Shown piece after piece: positions 25,699 through 32,000 of a stretch of DNA of 32,000 nucleotides. How positions within the stretch are numbered: position 1 is the stretch's first letter; each line of letters starts with the position of its first letter. The notes under the pieces are model-generated. The model made no database searches, was not told the DNA's origin, and saw only the letters and a program-made list of their open reading frames with translations. Source of the DNA: Acholeplasma laidlawii PG-8A (lineage in GTDB: Bacteria; Bacillota_I; Bacilli_A; Acholeplasmatales; Acholeplasmataceae). Location: positions 510,001 through 542,000 of the forward strand of contig NC_010163.1 in the NCBI RefSeq assembly GCF_000018785.1, given 5' to 3'. Both the position numbers and the translations under genes were made by a program.

Positions 25699-27045
25699 AT
25701 GAAATTTAGTGAATTAAACATTATAGAACGTATTCAAAAGGCATTAACCTTATCGGGATATGAAGCGCCAACTGCAATACAAGAACAGGCTATACCTATC
25801 TTATTAAGCGGTCAAGACCTTCTGGGTAGTGCTCAAACTGGAACCGGTAAAACAGCTGCATTTGCGATACCAATCTTACAAAAAATATATGAAACAAAAG
25901 AACATAAGGCACCAAGAAAAGTACAAGCACTTATACTAACCCCAACTAGAGAACTCGCACTTCAAATACACGAAAATGTTAAGATATATGCAAAATATCT
26001 AAATATTATAAGTACCACTATTTATGGTGGTGTATCACAAAAAAGACAAGAAGAAGCACTAAAACGTGGTGTAGATGTTGTGATTGCAACACCGGGCCGA
26101 TTACTTGATTTAATGAATCAAAAAATAATATCATTACAAGATGTAAGATATCTTGTACTTGATGAGGCAGATCAAATGTTAGATATGGGCTTTATTAAAG
26201 ATGTAACAAGCATTGTTGATAAAACACCTAAGAAGCGTCAAACGATGCTGTTTTCAGCAACAATGCCTAAACAAATTGAAGTCTTATCAAAACAAATCTT
26301 AGTAAACCCTGAAAGAATTGCTGTAACACCAGTTACACAAACACTGGACGCAATTACTCAAAGTGTTTATATGGTGAATAAAGCAAATAAAACATTATTA
26401 TTAATTGATTTAATTTATACTTTAAATATGAAATCAGTTTTAGTGTTTACAAAAACAAAACATGGTGCCAATAAACTTGTTAAAAATTTAATGAATTTAG
26501 GTATTGAATCAGAACCCATACACGGTAGTAAATCACAAGCTGCTAGAGAACGCGCTTTAGCAAACTTTAAAAAAGGCAAAACTAAAATCTTAGTTGCCAC
26601 AGATATTGCAGCCCGTGGTATAGACATTGAAGCACTTGACTATGTTATAAACTTTGAACTACCTGAGGTACCAGAAACCTATATTCACCGAATTGGTAGA
26701 ACAGGACGTGCTGGTTTAAGTGGTATGGCATTATCACTTGTTGATCCTTCTGAGCAAAAACTGCTTACTCAAGTAGAAAAGCATATAAATTCTAAAATTG
26801 AAGCTGTTGGACATAAGTACCAAATTCAATCACAACCAAAACAAAGAGAAGTAATAACTGATAAGCTAAAAACCGACACATCAAAAAAACAAGAAAAACC
26901 AAAAAAAGAATTGCCTGATTACTTAAAGTTTAAAGGTCATAAACCTAAACCTAAGAAGAAAAAATCAGAGGATAAATCTTTTGTAAATTATCAAAAGAAA
27001 ACAAACCCATATTTTCAAACTAAAAAATCAAACAAGAAAAAGTAA
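25699..27045 (+). CDS. DEAD-box ATP-dependent RNA helicase with a Lys-rich C-terminal tail
   Basis: Q motif (PTAIQEQAIP), AQTGTGKT, PTRELA, DEAD, SAT, ARGID and HRIGRTGRAG motifs. Confidence 0.93.
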   Translation: MKFSELNIIERIQKALTLSGYEAPTAIQEQAIPILLSGQDLLGSAQTGTGKTAAFAIPILQKIYETKEHKAPRKVQALILTPTRELALQIHENVKIYAKYLNIISTTIYGGVSQKRQEEALKRGVDVVIATPGRLLDLMNQKIISLQDVRYLVLDEADQMLDMGFIKDVTSIVDKTPKKRQTMLFSATMPKQIEVLSKQILVNPERIAVTPVTQTLDAITQSVYMVNKANKTLLLIDLIYTLNMKSVLVFTKTKHGANKLVKNLMNLGIESEPIHGSKSQAARERALANFKKGKTKILVATDIAARGIDIEALDYVINFELPEVPETYIHRIGRTGRAGLSGMALSLVDPSEQKLLTQVEKHINSKIEAVGHKYQIQSQPKQREVITDKLKTDTSKKQEKPKKELPDYLKFKGHKPKPKKKKSEDKSFVNYQKKTNPYFQTKKSNKKK

Positions 27046-27054
27046 GTCAAATGT

Positions 27055-27114
27055 AAAGGCACTGTCATTGGTTAAGATAAATATCATTATTTACACCAAA
27101 CAGTCCCTTTTTTC
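27055..27114 (+). terminator. intrinsic terminator after the helicase gene
   Basis: Outer stem aaaggcactgt (27055-27065) / acagtcccttt (27100-27110) with one mismatch, inner ttggt/accaa pairing, then a T-run. Confidence 0.6.
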
Positions 27115-27192
27115 ATGAAAAAACACTAAAAAACTGTTACAATATAATTGAACTAATGATTGAAAATCATCCTTAGTTTTTAAGGAGCACGT

Positions 27193-28575
27193 ATGATAAA
27201 CGAACAAATCAAAATAAATGATCTTATAGAAATAGAAATTAAAAAACTAGGTATTAATGGCGAAGGTATTGGATATTACCATAAACTTGCTGTTTTTGTT
27301 GATAATGCATTACCTGGTGAAATAATTACAGCAAAGGTGACTGAAATCTTTCCTAACCGCTTATTAGCAGATATTGAAGAAATTAAAGTTAAAAGTCCAG
27401 ATAGACTAGAAGTGATGTTTCCAGAGTATGAACTATGTGGTGCATACAGTATGCAACATGTGACATATGAAAAGTCACTACAAATTAAACGTGATATTTT
27501 AATTAACGCCCTTAATAGATACGTAGATAAGAAGATAGTTTATTCAAAAATCAAACAAACAATAGGTATGAATGAACCACTTGGTTATAGAAACAAAGTG
27601 TCTTTACCCGTTAGAAAATTAGAAGGTAAAAACAAATTTGGATTATATGCTAAAGGTGGTAATGAATTTATACCAGTAAATGATACACCTGTACATCAAC
27701 CTAGAATTAATGAGATTATCCAAATTGTTGAAACACTCATGGATCAACATAAATTTCATGCCTATATCCAAAAAGATAAAAGTGGTTATATGAAGTCTAT
27801 GGTTATTAGACGATCATATACGACTGGTGAAGTTCAAGTATCATTCTTACTCATGAAAAAATTTGAGGGTATTGCTAAGTTTACTGAAGCGCTTGTTGCA
27901 CAATGTCCAGACATTGTCAGTGTATTTGCATTCTATACGGATAAATATAAAGAGCAGATATTCTTTACTAACAACTACGAAAACCTATTTGGTAAAGCAA
28001 CCATTAATGAGAAAATAAATCATCAAACATTCTCATTATATCCTGAAGCCTTTTTCCAATTAAATACGGTGATGGCAGATAAGTTCTATAATAAAATGAG
28101 AGAACTAGCAAATCTACAACCTACAGATGTTGTCATAGACGCTTATGCAGGATCAGCACCAATTAGCCATTACATTGCTAAAGATGTGAAAAAAGTTTAT
28201 GCAATAGAAATTGATCAAAGAAGTGTTCAAAGTGCTATATTATCTTTAAAGCGAAATAACATTAAAAATGTGACAGTCATTCAATCTGACTTTAAGAAGG
28301 CCTTAAAAAATCTTGAAGTGGATACGATTGATGCAATGTTCTTTGACCCACCTAGAACTGGTCTTGGCTATGATACAATTAAGCAAATACTGAAATACAA
28401 GCCGAAGAAACTTATTTATGGTTCTTGTAATCCTTCGACTTTAGCTAAAGATTTAGAAGATTTATTAAAGACTTATGAACTTAAGAGTTTAATTCCAATG
28501 GATATGTTTCCTTATACCCCCTTGGTCGAAAGTGTTTCATTACTAGAATTAAGAACAGATTTAGAGACTGTATAA
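27193..28575 (+). CDS. RumA-family RNA (uracil-C5)-methyltransferase paralog lacking three of the four Fe-S cysteines
   Basis: Collinear with 23101-24456 (TRAM region, DAYAGSAP, FDPPRTG, GSCNP). The Cys motif is FPEYELCGAY (27418-27447) and the fourth Cys position reads DTPVHQ. AAGGAG lies 5 nt upstream. TGtTACAAT at 27135-27143. Confidence 0.86.
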   Translation: MINEQIKINDLIEIEIKKLGINGEGIGYYHKLAVFVDNALPGEIITAKVTEIFPNRLLADIEEIKVKSPDRLEVMFPEYELCGAYSMQHVTYEKSLQIKRDILINALNRYVDKKIVYSKIKQTIGMNEPLGYRNKVSLPVRKLEGKNKFGLYAKGGNEFIPVNDTPVHQPRINEIIQIVETLMDQHKFHAYIQKDKSGYMKSMVIRRSYTTGEVQVSFLLMKKFEGIAKFTEALVAQCPDIVSVFAFYTDKYKEQIFFTNNYENLFGKATINEKINHQTFSLYPEAFFQLNTVMADKFYNKMRELANLQPTDVVIDAYAGSAPISHYIAKDVKKVYAIEIDQRSVQSAILSLKRNNIKNVTVIQSDFKKALKNLEVDTIDAMFFDPPRTGLGYDTIKQILKYKPKKLIYGSCNPSTLAKDLEDLLKTYELKSLIPMDMFPYTPLVESVSLLELRTDLETV

Positions 28576-28592
28576 AATATATAATTATAACG

Positions 28593-28637
28593 AAACAGAT
28601 ACATAAAAGCAAAAATGCTTTATGTATCTGTTTTGTT
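28593..28637. terminator. strong hairpin terminator (about 17 bp) between convergent genes
   Basis: aaacagatacataaaagc / gctttatgtatctgttt with one bulged A, loop aaaaat, followed by tgtt. Confidence 0.8.
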
Positions 28638-28683
28638 ATAGGTGATAAAAAGATAATTATATTATGGCTATATTGTTAGTTCA

Positions 28684-28926
28684 TTAGAATATACCGGATG
28701 ATTTTTGACCAGTAACCTTTTCATATAAAATTTCACTTAATAGTATAAACTGAGAAGGTACATAATGGATTGGCATTTTAAATTGATAGAACTCATCCTT
28801 ATAGTATATTTGAATATTTCTTCCAAGATCTCCAGGTAACTGAGGTACCTCTTCAACAGGTATTGTAAAGGCAACTTGTTCATTTTTAGCTGTCATTTTT
28901 TGTTTCATGTTTTTTATATGCTTCAT
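28684..28926 (-). CDS. doubtful 80-aa ORF, no family recognised
   Basis: An ORF only. No Shine-Dalgarno sequence before either candidate ATG, and in-frame stops lie close upstream. Confidence 0.3.
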   Translation of the reverse strand: MKHIKNMKQKMTAKNEQVAFTIPVEEVPQLPGDLGRNIQIYYKDEFYQFKMPIHYVPSQFILLSEILYEKVTGQKSSGIF

Positions 28927-29232
28927 TGCTAGATAGTTTTGACGATAGACGAAGAAGTTTAAGTAGTGTTGAAGATTCTATGCTTAAAAATCAAATTATA
29001 AGTCTAATAATATAATCAATTATAGAATTTCACGACTTATAATAAACTATATGATATAGTATAGATATAAACTCGAAAGATAAACTTCACAAGTAAATAT
29101 GCTTGCCTATGTGCATGGAAGAAGAAAAGATTAAACGATAAAAATTCCTGCTGAAATTTTTTATATAGGTCATAAGTATTTAAAAATGAAAGTAGAAGCT
29201 ACATGTAAATTTGTGAAGGAGATTTTAAAAAT

Positions 29233-29754
29233 ATGAGAAATATATTTAAGAAAGTTACGATGATGGGAATAATTATTACGTGTTTAGGTTTTTTTTCTGG
29301 GTGCAGCACTGGTATCAAAGAACAATCTGTCAGTGATATGATTGAGCTACATACGTGGCATTTTACTTCGGGAATACGAAATAATGCAATTAAAGTTAAA
29401 CATACCGATAACACAGTTTTTGAATGCACTGTTGACAAAGGATATTTAGTAATTTCAAATGATGATAGTGGTAAAAATGTAATAATCGAATCTGGTGAAA
29501 CTATTTATTGGACGCCATATGATGATAAGCTTGCAACATGGACTGATTTGGCGTATGTTCAGATTGTTTTAAAAGATGAAGATAACATCATAGGCTATGC
29601 GATTATAGAGATAAAGCAAAATCCAGAATACGGATTAAACTACGATGCTGAAATCTTAAAGTCAGTGGTATTTCCAAAAGTAAATGGACAGTATCAATCC
29701 ATAACAGAAGAAGATGTAAATACTGCTATGGCAAGTATCATAGCAGAAAGGTAA
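29233..29754 (+). CDS. hypothetical lipoprotein (173 aa)
   Basis: AAGGAG (29216-29221) upstream. Signal peptide ending in the lipobox-like FFSGC. No family recognised. Confidence 0.65.
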   Translation: MRNIFKKVTMMGIIITCLGFFSGCSTGIKEQSVSDMIELHTWHFTSGIRNNAIKVKHTDNTVFECTVDKGYLVISNDDSGKNVIIESGETIYWTPYDDKLATWTDLAYVQIVLKDEDNIIGYAIIEIKQNPEYGLNYDAEILKSVVFPKVNGQYQSITEEDVNTAMASIIAER

Positions 29755-29759
29755 GAAAA

Positions 29760-30020
29760 ATGAATATGAGAAAAGCAATGACAAACAGAAAAAATGTTTC
29801 TTTATTTTTGATGAAGATATTGATACTGGTGTTTCTTGTTTTCATCGTATTAAGGCCAACAAATATATATGCACACACATTAGATTCTGATTTAATTAAA
29901 TTAAGCGAACAAATTCAAGCAACTAGCCTATCAGAATTGTCAGAAGACGAAAGCATAGAGTTCATTGTAGAAAATGGTATCAATTCAATCAATTTCCAGC
30001 CTTTTTTTGTTTTTACCTAA
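29760..30020 (+). CDS. small secreted-type protein, probably 3'-truncated by the adjacent IS remnant
   Basis: N-terminal signal/TM segment (LFLMKILILVFLVFIVL). The last 2-3 sense codons and the stop (30013-30020) overlap the antisense transposase fragment. Confidence 0.45.
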   Translation: MNMRKAMTNRKNVSLFLMKILILVFLVFIVLRPTNIYAHTLDSDLIKLSEQIQATSLSELSEDESIEFIVENGINSINFQPFFVFT

Positions 30021-30261
30021 ACTCAAAACCACAGTTAGGACACTCATAGAAACTGTAGCCTAATTTAGGTGTTTAACATTTAAGCATCCGGTTTACATTT
30101 AAATGAACTGTATCTCTGATATTTAAATGCGGATGAGCCATTAAAAAATCTTCCCAGTAATCCTTAAAGATATCTTTGATGGTATACCCTTTAGTTCGAA
30201 CATTTAGGTTACAATGCTTCATATATTCATTAACCAGAGCACTGTCTGAAACTAATCCCAT
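30013..30261 (-). pseudogene. remnant of an IS91-family transposase (N-terminal zinc-binding domain only, with an in-frame stop)
   Basis: The minus-strand translation is ...IFKDYWEDFLMAHPHLNIRDTVHLNVNRMLKC-stop-TPKLGYSFYECPNCGFEFR-stop. This matches the start of the IS91 Zn-finger transposase domain. It has a TAA at 30073-75 where that family usually has Gly, and it ends after about 82 codons. Confidence 0.7.
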
Positions 30262-30288
30262 AACATCACCCTACCCTAATTATAAAAC

Positions 30289-30314
30289 AAAACCCGCTAA
30301 GCTAAGCAGGTTTT
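30289..30314 (-). terminator. intrinsic terminator of the MFS gene
   Basis: Stem aaaacccgct (30289-30298) / agcaggtttt (30305-30314) with one mismatch. On the minus strand it is followed by gttttataatt. Confidence 0.65.
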
Positions 30315-30335
30315 AATAAAAGGGGACGAAGTCAC

Positions 30336-31523
30336 CTATTTGTTCTGATGTGCCAGTTTAATTTTGATGAATAAAATGTACAGTATAGATGCTATAGAAA
30401 TACACATAATAGGTATAAAAATAACACCCAAACTTACCGAAGAATCTATTAATATACTAGTGTATAAATTACCAATAACAGCAGCTAATCCATAACTTAA
30501 ATACATATACCCATAAGTTCTATTAAAGTTATTCTTACCAAAAAGATCTTTGGTAATAATTGGCATTAAAGCTAACCATCCACCCACTGTACCCCAACTA
30601 AGTGTAATTGTTAAGATAAATAACCATAGACTCGAAGGATTTAAAAAGATATAGGTCGTTGAAACGAATAAAGTGATCAGTGATATAAGTATCACTGATA
30701 TTTTTAGTTTAAACTTGTCATAAATAAATCCAAATAGGGGTCTAAATAAACCGTTTGCAAGTGCGAATAAACTCATATAGATAGTAATGGTAGTAATATC
30801 TAAATTATAGTAATCTGTACCAATATAAACGGTTAATCCAATCATAGATAAACCAAACATAATACCTAAAGTAAACAAGATGAAAAATATCGTAAAAGTA
30901 TATTTTGAGGCGTGAACTTTTTCTTTCTTATTTTTGACATAGAGTTTTGATAAATCCAATTTTCTTATAAGTAACCATACAAAGATGGATAGAAGTATGG
31001 TAGATGCAATGCCAAAATATAGTAAAGTATTTTGAAACCCAACAGCATTAAAACTTGACTGTAAAACAGGTGCAACAATTACAGTGGATAAGCCGAAACC
31101 TGCAATTGTTAAACCCACTGCAAGACCTTGATTTTTCTCATAGACTGTTTGAATGATCTGTACAGGGATACCATAGAGTATTCCAACCCCAGTCCCTATG
31201 AAAACACCATGACCTAAAGTAAATATGAGGTAATTGGTTGCATAAGCGGCAATCATATAACCAATACCAATCGATAAAATACCGAGGATTGCCCATTTAT
31301 AAAAATTGGATTTTTTCATAAATCTACCGCTTAACATCACCATAAAGGCAAATACTGCAAGTGATGTTAAATAAGGTATAGAACTTTCGGTATGTGTTAA
31401 TCCAAGTTCATTTTCTATCTGTAATCTAATAACGCTATAGGCATAAACTACACCTATGATGAGTTCAATAATAATCCCACTAATTAATACGGTGAGTTGT
31501 TGTTTTTTGTTTAAGGACTGCAT
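30336..31523 (-). CDS. MFS transporter, oxalate/formate antiporter (OFA)-like
   Basis: 395 aa with 12 TM segments and an OFA-like N-terminus (GIIIELIIGVVYAYSV). No obvious RBS before the ATG. Confidence 0.82.
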   Translation of the reverse strand: MQSLNKKQQLTVLISGIIIELIIGVVYAYSVIRLQIENELGLTHTESSIPYLTSLAVFAFMVMLSGRFMKKSNFYKWAILGILSIGIGYMIAAYATNYLIFTLGHGVFIGTGVGILYGIPVQIIQTVYEKNQGLAVGLTIAGFGLSTVIVAPVLQSSFNAVGFQNTLLYFGIASTILLSIFVWLLIRKLDLSKLYVKNKKEKVHASKYTFTIFFILFTLGIMFGLSMIGLTVYIGTDYYNLDITTITIYMSLFALANGLFRPLFGFIYDKFKLKISVILISLITLFVSTTYIFLNPSSLWLFILTITLSWGTVGGWLALMPIITKDLFGKNNFNRTYGYMYLSYGLAAVIGNLYTSILIDSSVSLGVIFIPIMCISIASILYILFIKIKLAHQNK

Positions 31524-31671
31524 AAATTATGTCAACTTTTCATCATGATAGATTTCGCTTATAAAAAGCGATAAGATAAGCATACCAAATTTAAATAGAT
31601 AAAATCAACAAATATGATTTGAATATCAAACAATATATAGGTGATTGATAATAACCTAAGAATGAATTTCA

Positions 31672-31700
31672 TTGATAAAACCGGTACCATAAGGTATAAT
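31672..31700 (+). promoter_or_regulatory. promoter of glgA (TTGATA-17-TATAAT)
   Basis: TTGATA at 31672-31677, a 17-nt spacer, and TATAAT at 31695-31700. Confidence 0.55.
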
Positions 31701-31745
31701 TTAATTAAATAGAGATAAGTATCTATAAGAAAGGAATTCTCCTTT

Positions 31746-32000
31746 ATGAAAATTTTGTTTTGTAGTTCAGAGGCTTTCCCTTTTAGTAAAACTGGTGGAT
31801 TAGCTGATATGGCTTATTTTTTGCCTAAATCTATTAATGTATTAGGGCATGAAATTGTTGTAATCACACCTTACTATGAAGGCATAAAAAAACACCATGA
31901 AACTATGACTTATCTTGGAACCAAGACAATTTACATGGGACACGGGGAAGTTGTAGTTAATTACTATAAATTAGTATATGAGAGTATCACCTATATATTT
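31746..32000 (+). CDS. glgA: glycogen (starch) synthase, N-terminal 85 codons; continues beyond the window
   Basis: MKILFCSSEAFPFSKTGGLADM contains the K-T-G-G-L motif of GlgA. The frame is open to nt 32000. GAAAGGA RBS. Confidence 0.88.
   Translation, partial: MKILFCSSEAFPFSKTGGLADMAYFLPKSINVLGHEIVVITPYYEGIKKHHETMTYLGTKTIYMGHGEVVVNYYKLVYESITYIF

Noticed and set aside
1-32000. CRISPR arrays, tandem repeats, rRNA genes, prophage or toxin-antitoxin/defence gene clusters
   Set aside because: Reading the intergenic regions showed no regularly spaced direct repeats. No ORF has nuclease, ATPase or reverse-transcriptase signatures typical of defence systems. The only mobile-element trace is the IS91 fragment.

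Overview
AT-rich bacterial chromosome segment that uses the standard genetic code (TGA is a stop, e.g. the ATGA overlap at 7661-7664). It is very probably from an Acholeplasma-type mollicute. The 398-aa GT4 enzyme at 959-2155 matches what I remember of the A. laidlawii monoglucosyl-diacylglycerol synthase (alMGS). All but four genes are on the + strand. Left to right: an MprF-flippase-like UPF0104 membrane protein translationally coupled to alMGS; tRNA-Leu(CAA); an orphan 185-aa protein; an ArsC/LMW-phosphatase; an orphan PTS-EIIC-like permease; pncB; MATE-trmL-hemolysin III; ackA; a five-gene Liv-type branched-chain amino-acid ABC importer whose binding lipoprotein carries two N-terminal Ig-like domains; and a divergent TetR regulator. 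Next comes a six-gene operon: thiolase, FabG/PhaB-like reductase, atypical KASIII-like condensing enzyme, acetyl-CoA hydrolase/transferase-family CoA-transferase and two alpha/beta hydrolases. Then two paralogous RumA-type RNA m5U methyltransferases flank a DUF4430 + small 6-TM (ECF S-component-like) pair and a DEAD-box helicase. The window ends with a small degraded accessory patch holding an IS91-family transposase remnant, an OFA-type MFS transporter, and the start of glgA. I saw no CRISPR array, prophage, rRNA or recognisable defence system. The most interesting signals are: (1) a 14-bp palindromic box TGAAYA-N3-ATTCA at four predicted promoters (tetR, thiolase operon, liv operon, ackA), suggesting an undescribed regulon; (2) cre-like AAGCGTTTTC boxes at two of these promoters; (3) the non-canonical thiolase operon with a KASIII-like protein that seems to carry Cys-His-His; (4) the DUF4430/S-component-like pair. 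All functional calls come from by-eye motif recognition, and nothing was searched against a database.
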